This document shows positions 19,444 through 29,000 of a DNA stretch of 64,000 nt, in pieces. Each line of letters begins with the position of its first letter. Position 1 is the stretch's first letter. The translations under genes and the position numbers were made by a program. The stretch is from contig OZ253580.1 in NCBI GenBank assembly GCA_965263035.1, positions 160,001 through 224,000 on the forward strand. Reading direction: 5' to 3'. The notes under the pieces were generated by a model. The model was not told the origin of the DNA. It saw only the letters and a program-made list of their open reading frames with translations, and did not search any database. This stretch comes from Acidobacteriota bacterium. Its GTDB lineage: Bacteria > Acidobacteriota > UBA6911 > RPQK01 > JAJDTT01.

Positions 19444-22143
19444 ATGGGAAGAATACGCACGATGATCCCCCTGCTGTTGATTCTGACGGTCTGGGGCGCA
19501 CTCGCCGGAGGGGTCAGCCTCTATATCGACTATCTCTGGTTCGATGCCGTGGGCTACCTGGAAGTCTTCCAGACCACGCTCGCCTCCAAGTTTCTATTCT
19601 GGCTGGCCGGATTCGCCGTCAGCTTTCTGATCCTGGGTTCGAACCTCTACCTGGCCGCCCGGCGTCACCACGGCATCTACTGGATGAGTCCGGAACTGCA
19701 GGCGACCGCCCGGAAGGGAACCCAACTCGTCTTCTGGATCGCCATTCTGGTCCTGTCCGTTCTGATGGGAATGGTGGTCCAGAGCCAATGGCTGACCTTT
19801 CTTCAGTTCTGGAACCGGGTGCCGACGGATTTCGTGGATCCGATCTTCAATCAGGACATCTCGTTCTACATTTTCTCCCTTCCTGTCCTGAGCTTCCTGG
19901 TCCATCTGGGACTGGTTCTGGTTGCCCTCTCCGTACTGGCGGCTGCCATCACCTACGTGACCCATGGTCACCTGGCCTACCTGCAGCGCCTGCAACTGAG
20001 CCACGAGGCCCGAGTGCATCTGACCCTTCTGGCTGTGGCGGGATTCCTGCTGCTGGCCGGCCGTTTCTGGCTCAATTGCTACGAGATTCTATACAGCCGG
20101 GAAGGAGTCATCTTCGGCGCCGGGTACACGGACGTTCACGCCCGTCTTCCCTGCACCATGATCCTGGCCGGCGTCTCCGTCCTGACTGCGGTCGCCTTCG
20201 CCGTCTCCATCTTCGGAAAGAACCTTCGAACAGCCGTCTATTCGGGAGTCTTCTTCGGGGCCGCGTACCTGGCCCTGAACTTCTACCCCATGGTGATTCA
20301 GACCTTCATCGTGGAACCCAACGAGCTGCAGTTGGAGACTCCGTTTCTGGCACACAACATCGGTCTGACCCGCAAGGCCTACAACCTGGACAAGATCGAA
20401 GTGCACGACTTCTCCGGGACCGGTGACCTCTCCCGGGAGGAAGTGGCCGCCAACGAGACCACCATCAGCAACATTCGACTCTGGGGATGGCGGCCCCTGA
20501 TGGACTCCTACAACCAGCTTCAATCGATCCGCTCCTACTACGAGTTCCAAGGGGTCGACCTGGACCGCTACGTCATCGACGGGAAATACCGGCAGGTGAT
20601 GCTGTCGGCCCGGGAACTGGATTTCAGCAAGATCTCGGAGCAGGCGCAGACCTGGATCAACCAGTACTTCGTCTACACCCACGGCTACGGCCTCTGTCTG
20701 AGCCCGGTCAACGAGGTCACGCCGGAGGGACTTCCCGAGTTCTTGATCAAGGACATCCCGCCTCAGAGCAATGGGAGCTTCGAGATCACCCGTCCCGAGA
20801 TCTACTTCGGCGAAAAGACCGACAATCCGGTCTTCGTCAAGACCGCCCAGGAGGAGTTCGACTATCCCCTCGGCGACCAGAACGCCTTCACGACCTACCA
20901 GGCCGAGCGGGGACTCGGCATCGGCTCGTTCGTTCGAAAGCTTCTCTTCGCCTGGGAACTGAAAAACTACAAGATTCTCTTCGCCGACGACTTCAGGTCC
21001 GAGAGCCGCGTGCTGCTGCACCGGCGCATCCAGGACCGGGTGCCCAGGATCGCACCGGCGGGCCTGGATTTCGATCCGGACCCCTATCTGGTGATCCACG
21101 AGGGCCGCCTCTTCTGGATTCAGGACGGCTACACCTCCACCAGCCGCTATCCCTATTCGGAGCCGACCCGCCGCGGGATCAACTACATCCGCAATTCCCT
21201 GAAAGTCGTGGTCGACGCTTATCTGGGAGACGTGACCTTTTACGTCTCAGACCCGGAGGACCCCCTGATTCAGGTCTACTCCGCCATCTTTCCGTCCACT
21301 TTTCGGCCGCTGGAGACGATGCCCGAGGGTCTGCGCCTGCACCTGCGGTATCCCGAGGTCCTCTTCAACGTTCAGCGGGAGATGTTCCGCACCTATCACA
21401 TGCGGGACACCGGCGTCTTCTACAACAAGGAAGACATGTGGGACATCCCCACCGAGATCTACCGGGACCAGGAGCAGGTCATGGAGAGCTACTACGTGAT
21501 CATGAGACTGCCCGAATCTCAGGAGGAGGAGTTCATCCTTCTGGTGCCCTACACCCCCCGAAACAAGAACAACATGATCTCATGGTTGGCGGCCCGGTCG
21601 GACGGGGAACACTACGGGACCCTGGTTCTCTACCAGTTTCCCAAGCAGGAGCTGCGCTACGGACCTCTCCAAATCGAAGCCCGCATCGACCAGGACCCGA
21701 CCATTTCCCCCCTTCTGACCCTCTGGAGTCAGCAAGGATCGGAGGTGATCCGCGGCAACCTTCTGGTGATTCCCATCGAGGGGACCCTGCTCTACGTCGA
21801 GCCTCTGTACCTGCAGGCGGAAAAGAACATGATCCCCGAGTTGACCCGGATCATCGTGGTGTTCGAGAACCGCGTGGCTCTCGGGGAAACGCTGGATGAA
21901 GCCCTGGCAGCCGCCATCTGGCCCGACGAGGCGCCCGGAGTATTCCGGGCGCAAGCCGCCGAGGCATTTTCCCCGAATGCGAAGGTCGAACCGGGACGCG
22001 ACAGCCCTCTGATGGTCCGGGCTCTGCAGCACTTCAGTCAGGGTCAGAAATACCTGCGCGAGGGAAATTGGGCCGGCTACGGAGAGGAACAGGAAAGGCT
22101 GAAGCAGGTCCTGGAAGAGTTGGTCCGGGAGTCCAGAAAATAG
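19444..22143 (+). CDS. UPF0182 family membrane protein
   Basis: DYLWF, DPIFNQDISFYIFSLP, GAGYTDVHA, YTHGYG, NYIRNSLKVVVDAY.GD. Confidence 0.95.
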   Translation: MGRIRTMIPLLLILTVWGALAGGVSLYIDYLWFDAVGYLEVFQTTLASKFLFWLAGFAVSFLILGSNLYLAARRHHGIYWMSPELQATARKGTQLVFWIAILVLSVLMGMVVQSQWLTFLQFWNRVPTDFVDPIFNQDISFYIFSLPVLSFLVHLGLVLVALSVLAAAITYVTHGHLAYLQRLQLSHEARVHLTLLAVAGFLLLAGRFWLNCYEILYSREGVIFGAGYTDVHARLPCTMILAGVSVLTAVAFAVSIFGKNLRTAVYSGVFFGAAYLALNFYPMVIQTFIVEPNELQLETPFLAHNIGLTRKAYNLDKIEVHDFSGTGDLSREEVAANETTISNIRLWGWRPLMDSYNQLQSIRSYYEFQGVDLDRYVIDGKYRQVMLSARELDFSKISEQAQTWINQYFVYTHGYGLCLSPVNEVTPEGLPEFLIKDIPPQSNGSFEITRPEIYFGEKTDNPVFVKTAQEEFDYPLGDQNAFTTYQAERGLGIGSFVRKLLFAWELKNYKILFADDFRSESRVLLHRRIQDRVPRIAPAGLDFDPDPYLVIHEGRLFWIQDGYTSTSRYPYSEPTRRGINYIRNSLKVVVDAYLGDVTFYVSDPEDPLIQVYSAIFPSTFRPLETMPEGLRLHLRYPEVLFNVQREMFRTYHMRDTGVFYNKEDMWDIPTEIYRDQEQVMESYYVIMRLPESQEEEFILLVPYTPRNKNNMISWLAARSDGEHYGTLVLYQFPKQELRYGPLQIEARIDQDPTISPLLTLWSQQGSEVIRGNLLVIPIEGTLLYVEPLYLQAEKNMIPELTRIIVVFENRVALGETLDEALAAAIWPDEAPGVFRAQAAEAFSPNAKVEPGRDSPLMVRALQHFSQGQKYLREGNWAGYGEEQERLKQVLEELVRESRK

Positions 22144-22225
22144 GCTCGGCCCTGGTGGCGGCCCGTGGCGACGACCCGCTGAGAAATTCGGTCCAGTATT
22201 GTTCCACCTCTGACCCTCAGGCGGT

Positions 22226-22254
22226 TTGAAGTCGGTGGCGCGCCCGCGTAGAAT
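22226..22254 (+). promoter_or_regulatory. Putative sigma70 promoter of the A-type Fe-S carrier gene
   Basis: TTGAAG-N17-TAGAAT followed by SD AGGAGG. Confidence 0.5.
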
Positions 22255-22277
22255 CACCAAGCAGGAGGCCAATTCTC

Positions 22278-22601
22278 ATGATTACCCTGACGAACGAGGC
22301 AGTGAACCAGGTCCAGAAGGTCATCTCGGAACAGACTAAGGGGTTTGCCGGTCTCCGGGTAGCGGTGGTGGGTGGGGGCTGCTCCGGCTTCCAATACACC
22401 ATGAACCTGGAGCCGCAGAGCCGCGAGGGCGATGACGTCGTGGAGATCGACGGCTTCAAGGTCTTCGTGGATCCTCAGAGCATGCTCTACCTGGACGGGA
22501 CCGAGATCGACTACGTCGAGACGACTCAAGCCGCCGGGTTTCAATTCAAGAATCCCAACGTCACCGGCTCCTGCGGCTGTGGCGAGTCTTTTCACGTCTG
22601 A
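22278..22601 (+). CDS. HesB/IscA/ErpA A-type iron-sulfur carrier
   Basis: GGGCSGFQY, NPNVTGSCGCGESF. Confidence 0.95.
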   Translation: MITLTNEAVNQVQKVISEQTKGFAGLRVAVVGGGCSGFQYTMNLEPQSREGDDVVEIDGFKVFVDPQSMLYLDGTEIDYVETTQAAGFQFKNPNVTGSCGCGESFHV

Positions 22602-22687
22602 ACCCGTTCCTGCTCTAAGCATTTCGATCTGCCGTCCGTATTCTGCGACGCCGGTTCGGGCCTTCCTTGAAGCGCCTCCGTCCTAGG

Positions 22688-22846
22688 GAGCCTGCGCCGC
22701 AGAAATTGATCTACTGCGAAAGTGGTAAAATCGGTCCATATTTCCCCGATTTCTCGGCGAATAGAACAACTATGCACCTCAAAATCGAGAAAATCTGGCC
22801 TCGATTCCCCACTTTCTCGCTACGATCATTTCTACCGCGCAGACTC
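22688..22846 (+). mobile_element. MITE family A copy 3 (159 bp)
   Basis: Same sequence as other A copies. Flanked by CTAGG on both sides (22683-22687, 22847-22851), just upstream of moaA. Confidence 0.93.
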
Positions 22847-22858
22847 CTAGGTTAGATA

Positions 22859-23881
22859 ATGAGCGGCATGGAGACGACCGACGTATTTCGCAGACCCATG
22901 AAGGATCTGCGAATTTCGGTGACGGACCGGTGCAACTACCGCTGCCGGTACTGCATGCCGCTGGACCAGTACGTCTGGATCGAGAAGCGGGAGTTGCTGA
23001 CCTTCGAAGAGATCGTCCGCCTGGCCCGCCTCTCCGTCGACCTGGGCGTCAGGAGAATCAGGATTACGGGAGGCGAGCCCCTGGTCCGGCGCGATCTGGA
23101 TCGGCTGCTTCGGGACCTGTCTGGAATCGGGGGCTTGGCGGACCTGAGTCTCACCACCAACGGCTCGTTTTTGGCGCGGTCCGCTCCAGCGTTGAAACGG
23201 GCGGGGCTGCGGCGGATCAACGTCAGCCTGGACACGCTGGACCCGGAGAAGTTCAGGACCATCACCAAGCGGGGACGGCTGGACGACGTTCTGGAAGGGA
23301 TCCTGGCCGCCCGGGACACGGGAATGACGCCGATCAAGATCAACACGGTCGTGATCCGAGGCATCAACGAGGACGAGATCCTGGACCTGGTGGAGTATTC
23401 GCGCGAGCACGGTCTCCAAGCCAGGTTCATCGAATACATGGACGTGGGAAACGCCAACGACTGGAGTCTCGAGAGGACCGTCACCAAACAGGAGATCCTG
23501 GATCGGATCCAATCCCGGCACCCCCTGGAGGCCGTGGGACGGGAGGAGAGCCGCGCACCCGCCGTCAACTACCGCTTCCTGGACGGCGCCGGACAGATCG
23601 GAATCATCGGGTCGGTGACCGAACCGTTCTGTTCCACCTGCAGCCGGGTCCGGCTGACGGCCGACGGGCAGATGGTCACCTGCCTGTTCGCCTCCCAGGG
23701 CCATGACCTGAAGCGCCTCCTCCGAGGCGGTTGCTCCGACGTCGAGATCCGCTCTTTCCTGGAGCAGGTCTGGTCCGTTCGGGAGGACCGGTTTTCCGAT
23801 CGTCGCTGGCAACAGATTCGCACCGGCGGTTACCATCGGGAAGATCATCGGAAGATCGAAATGATCACCCTCGGTGGGTAA
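22859..23881 (+). CDS. moaA: GTP 3',8-cyclase
   Basis: LRISVTDRCNYRCRYCM, FCSTCSRVRLTADG, C-terminal LGG. Confidence 0.97.
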   Translation: MSGMETTDVFRRPMKDLRISVTDRCNYRCRYCMPLDQYVWIEKRELLTFEEIVRLARLSVDLGVRRIRITGGEPLVRRDLDRLLRDLSGIGGLADLSLTTNGSFLARSAPALKRAGLRRINVSLDTLDPEKFRTITKRGRLDDVLEGILAARDTGMTPIKINTVVIRGINEDEILDLVEYSREHGLQARFIEYMDVGNANDWSLERTVTKQEILDRIQSRHPLEAVGREESRAPAVNYRFLDGAGQIGIIGSVTEPFCSTCSRVRLTADGQMVTCLFASQGHDLKRLLRGGCSDVEIRSFLEQVWSVREDRFSDRRWQQIRTGGYHREDHRKIEMITLGG

Positions 23882-24044
23882 CAGCCTGTGCGGAGTCGTG
23901 AAGACTCGGTCAATTTGCCCCCGTTTCCTGGTCCGGACCGTGAGCCGGGGGTTAAACTGGCGTCATCCCCCGGAGAGATACTGTTGCCGTCCGGGGCCGA
24001 CGGCGAATCCATAGTTTCGAAGACTCAGACATCACAGGACAGCC

Positions 24045-25925
24045 ATGACATCAAATCCAGATTCTCCTGTAGTCACTCCAGACCGAATCCGATCCCTTCA
24101 GGTGATGGCCAACCGTTTGCGGCGCCACTCCCTGGTCTCCACCACCGAGGCCGGTTCGGGACACCCCACTTCCTGCTTTTCCTGTGCCGATCTGGTCTCC
24201 ACCATCTTCTTCCAGTTCCTGCGCTTCGATCTCACCCGGCCGGATCATCCGGCGAATGACCGCTTCGTGCTTTCCAAGGGACATGCCGCACCGGTCCTTT
24301 ACGCGGCCTTGGCCGAAGGCGGAGCCTTTCCGGTCGAGAAGCTGCTCACACTGAGGCGGATCGACAGCGAGTTGGAGGGGCATCCCACCCCGCGAAGTCC
24401 GTGGGTGGACGTCGGTACCGGTTCTCTGGGTCAGGGACTGGCCATCGGCGTGGGCATGGCGCTGGCCCTCAGGAACAGCCCGGCGGGAAACCGGGTCTAT
24501 GTCCTCATGGGAGACGGAGAGACGGCCGAGGGGGCAGTGTGGGAAGCGGCCGCCCTGGCTGGATTCTACGGGCTGGACAATCTCATCGGCGTGGTGGACG
24601 TGAACGGGTATGGCCAGAGCCAGGACACCATGTACGGCCACGACGTGAACGGCTACTGCGAGCGTTTTCGAGCCTTCGGCTGGCACGCGTCGGCCGTGGA
24701 CGGCCACGACGTGGAGGAGATCGCCGCCGCACTTCAGGACGCGTGCAACCAGACCGGAAAACCCTCGGTCATCGTCGCCCGCACCCTCAAGGGGAAGGGA
24801 GTCTCCTTCATGGAGGACAGGGACGGGTGGCACGGGAAACCGATTTCCCGGGGTGCAGATCTGGACCGGGCGCTGGAGGAGCTGGGTCCCGACGTGCCCG
24901 CGGACCCGTCTCTCCGTGTGGCGCTTCCGGCCTCAAACGGGGATTCCGGGGACTCGGATGCCGACGGGACCTCGAAGATGGAGCCTCCCGGCTACACCGA
25001 TCAGGATCAGGTGGCTACCCGCGTCGCATACGGGACCGGCCTGCAGAAGCTGGGAAACGCCAATCCCCGGGTGGTGGCTCTGGACGGCGATACCAAGAAC
25101 TCCACCTACTCGCTGCGGTTCATGGAACGTCACCCGGACCGGTTCTTCGAGTGCTTCATCGCGGAGCAGGCCATGGTCGGGGCGGCAGTGGGAATGGGCG
25201 CCGTGGGCAAGATTCCATTCGCCTCAACCTTCGCCGCCTTCATGACCCGTGCCTACGACCTGATTCGGATGGCGGCCATCTCCCAGAGCAACCTCAAGCT
25301 CTGCGGCTCCCATGCCGGCGTCTCCATCGGTGAGGACGGCCCCTCTCAAATGGGCCTGGAGGATCTGGCCATGATGCGGGCCATTCAAGGATCCACGGTC
25401 TTCTATCCCAGCGACGCCGTCTCCACCGAGCGCCTGGTCGAGGTGGCCTCCCAGACTCCGGGCATCGTCTATATTCGAACCACCCGTCCCAAGACCGCCT
25501 GCCTCTACGACTCTGCGGAGGCCTTCATCCGGGGCGGGTCCAAGACGGTTCGCACCAGCCCTTCGGACCGGGCCACGGTGGTGGCCGCCGGAATCACCCT
25601 TCACGAAGCACTCAAGGCCCACCGGCAGCTGCAGGAGGAGGGCATCGGCATCCGGGTCATCGACCTGTACTCGGTCAAGCCGGTCGATTCCGAGACCCTG
25701 ACGCGGGCGGCACGGGAGACCGGCGCCATCGTCACCGTGGAGGACCACTACGCCGACGGAGGCCTGGGAGACGCCGTCGTGGACGCCCTGGCGGGACAGC
25801 AGTACCGCTACCGGAAGCTGGCCGTGACCGACCTGCCCCGGTCCGGACCCTCAGGCGAGTTGATGGACAACCACGGCATCGGCGCCCGCGCCATCATCGA
25901 GGCCGTGCGGGACCTGGTCTCGTAG
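24045..25925 (+). CDS. tkt: Transketolase
   Basis: GSGHPTS, LSKGHAAP, TGSLGQG, GDGETAEG, GEDGPSQM. Confidence 0.96.
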   Translation: MTSNPDSPVVTPDRIRSLQVMANRLRRHSLVSTTEAGSGHPTSCFSCADLVSTIFFQFLRFDLTRPDHPANDRFVLSKGHAAPVLYAALAEGGAFPVEKLLTLRRIDSELEGHPTPRSPWVDVGTGSLGQGLAIGVGMALALRNSPAGNRVYVLMGDGETAEGAVWEAAALAGFYGLDNLIGVVDVNGYGQSQDTMYGHDVNGYCERFRAFGWHASAVDGHDVEEIAAALQDACNQTGKPSVIVARTLKGKGVSFMEDRDGWHGKPISRGADLDRALEELGPDVPADPSLRVALPASNGDSGDSDADGTSKMEPPGYTDQDQVATRVAYGTGLQKLGNANPRVVALDGDTKNSTYSLRFMERHPDRFFECFIAEQAMVGAAVGMGAVGKIPFASTFAAFMTRAYDLIRMAAISQSNLKLCGSHAGVSIGEDGPSQMGLEDLAMMRAIQGSTVFYPSDAVSTERLVEVASQTPGIVYIRTTRPKTACLYDSAEAFIRGGSKTVRTSPSDRATVVAAGITLHEALKAHRQLQEEGIGIRVIDLYSVKPVDSETLTRAARETGAIVTVEDHYADGGLGDAVVDALAGQQYRYRKLAVTDLPRSGPSGELMDNHGIGARAIIEAVRDLVS

Positions 25926-26016
25926 CCGCTCGTCAGCAATGTATGAAGTTCTGGAGATGCCGGCAGCAGTTTGCCTATCGTAGGAGCCAACCGATGGAGC
26001 GTGCCTCCACCAGACG

Positions 26017-29000
26017 ATGAGTGCTTCTCCCTCTGTCGCAGCGCGCCTTGACCGCTCTCGGCGGGACCTCCTTGACCTCACCCTCCGCAATCCCCTCCTT
26101 AATTTTCGCCCGTCCAAGACCCGCGGACTGACCATCACCGGCGAGATCCCAAGGGAGATCTTCAGGATCATCGCCCGGGATGAACGTCTGATGTATTTTC
26201 TGCCGACGGGTTCGAGTGGGGAAGACGAGTCGCTTGAAGCGGTGATTCCCCGGGCACTGCTGTCCTCGATCACTGAATACGAGGACCCTTCCGCCGAGCC
26301 GGCGGCTCATCACGTCGACAACCAGCTCCAGACACCCTACTCGGCAACCCATTTGGAAATCCGGCTCAAAAACACTTTCAGGGCGGCCCACACTTCCATC
26401 GAAGAGCAAGGCGTCAACATTCTCTTTCTCGCTCTCGGCACCCTCAACTGGTCCGAATCCGAATCGAGCGAATTACCCCGCATCGCTCCTCTGATCCTGG
26501 TTCCGGTGAAGCTGGCGCGCACCAGCGTCCGAGCACGCTACCGGCTTGGCTACACCGGCGAAGAGATCGGGGCTAATCTCTCCCTGGAAGCCAAGCTGAA
26601 AGCAGACTTCGATATCCGGCTGCCGGAACTCCCGGATGCGGAAGACCTTGACGTCAACGACTATTTTCAAAAGGTCCGCGCTGCGATTTCCGGAAAGGAG
26701 AGGTGGACGGTTGACGCCAACGCCATCTTCCTGGGCTTTTTCTCCTTCAGCAAGTTGCTGATCTACAAGGATTTGGACCCGGCATCGTGGCCAGAAGATG
26801 CGCCACCGTCGGATCATCCTGTCGTTGAAGCTCTTCTGAGCCCGGACGGCTTCCGAAACGGTGCACCCGACGACATCGAAGAAGAGGGTCTCGACCCCCG
26901 CTTGACCGCTCCGGATGCCCACCAGATCCTCGATTCCGACAGTTCACAGACTCTCGCCGTCATCGATGCCATGAAGGGCCGCAACCTGGTCATCCAAGGC
27001 CCACCCGGAACCGGCAAGTCGCAGACCATCACCAATCTGATCGCCGAAGCGATCGCCCAGGACAAAAAGGTGCTGTTCGTCGCCGAGAAGATGGCGGCTC
27101 TCGAAGTCGTGAAGCGGAGACTCGACAGCGTTCACATCGGGGACGCCTGCCTCGAGTTGCACAGCCATACCGCCAACAAGAAGGCCGTCGTCGATGAACT
27201 GAGGCGCACGCTTCATTTGGGGAAACCCCAGATCAAGGATGTGACGGAAGACCGGCTGCTGATGGAGAGGCGGAGAAAACGGCTCGATGGGTATTCGACC
27301 GCAGTCAATACACCCATTGGCCAAAGCGGCTTCACTCCCCACGAAGTCATCGGAAAACTGTCCCGGTTCGAGGAATTGGATGCCGGAACCGCCTGGCCAC
27401 TTCTCTCCGGTGGCGTCGTGGCCTCTTGTGGGCGGCGCGAATTCTTGCTGTTGCAGGAGTTCGTGGCGGAGCTTCAGGAGTCGGTGAGTGCCATCGGCAA
27501 GCCCCGAGAGCACATTTTCTGGGAAAGTACTCGGACATCGTACCTGCCGACGGAACGATTGAGGATCTTGACGGCACTCCGGAACGCCGCCGATGCGCTC
27601 CGCAAGCTCCGTGGATCGGTCGTGACCCTACAGAAATCCGCGCGATTGGACGATCTGGAGCCGGACCTGGAGAAGGTGGCAAGACTGACCCGCACGGTTT
27701 TGCGTGCCACCGAACGTCCGGACCTCATGAACGTCGATCATCGCCATCCTGATTGGAAGTTCCGGCACGACGAGATCGAGGAAACCGCCCGGGAATTACT
27801 CGAGGTTTCCGAGATTCGGTCCCGATACGAGTCCCTCCTTGTTCCTGAAGCCTGGGACCAGAACGTCTTGAGTTACCGCCGGCCTCTAGTCGAGTGTGGT
27901 GACAAATGGTGGCGGTTTCTCTCCGGCAAGTACCGCGCGGCCCGCAACGGTTTGCAAGTCCTTTGCCGGAGCGATCTCCCTTCCGAGGGATCGTCTCAGG
28001 TGAAAATCGTCGAGGCGATTCTTCGCGAGCAGCGCCTTCGAAAACGGATCGAAGACTCAACCCTTCTCCCCCATCTCTTCCCGGGATTCAGACTGGATCG
28101 GAATCCCGCAAGGAATCGTCAACTCAGCGAAGTGATGAACTGGCTTCTCGTTCTCTACCGCGAGAAAGCGGGGGACGCCGTCGATGAACGAGTCCACGAA
28201 CTGCTCGACCGAGATCTGGACCGCGAGGAACTGAAACACTTGGTTGAGACCTGCACTGGTGACGCGGGAATCCTCTCTGCTGCCCTTGCAACCGTGGCTG
28301 AGATCCTGGAGCTGAACCCTTCGCGCTCCCCCAAAGGAATCGCACTGGCCGAGCACCGATTCTCCGATATGGAGATCTGGCTCGATGCCGCCCGGAACCA
28401 GCTCAACTCTCTTCGCGAAATCGTCCGATTCAATACCACCGAGAAGCGGTTGGTCGACGCCGGACTGAAAGAAGTGATCGATACCGCAATTTCCTGGAGC
28501 CAAGCTGGAGTTCATCTGGTCGATCTGTTCGAGCGTAGCTGGTTGGTCGCTCTGATCGAGGCAGCCTTCCGAGAACGTCCGGTATTGAGCGAATTCGACG
28601 GGGGCACGCATCAGAAGTTCATCGAACAATTCTGCAAGCTGGATACCGATTTTTTCCAGCACAATCGGGCTCTCGTCGCTCAAGCTCATTGGGGGCGGCT
28701 TCCTCGTCATCATGGCGGCGGGCAACTCGGTGTTCTGAAGCGTGAGTTCGAGAAAAAGAGAAGGCATCTTCCCCTGCGGAAACTCATGGCCAAGGCCGGA
28801 AACGCGATCCAACAGGTCAAACCGATCTTCATGATGAGTCCGCTCTCGGTGGCGAAGTTCATACCTCCGGAATCGGTCCGGTTCGATCTCGTCATTTTCG
28901 ACGAGGCCAGCCAGGTCAAGCCGGTTGAAGCTATGGGCGCCATCCGCCGCGGCCGACATTCGATTGTCGTGGGTGACAGCAAGCAGCTTCCGCCCACTCG

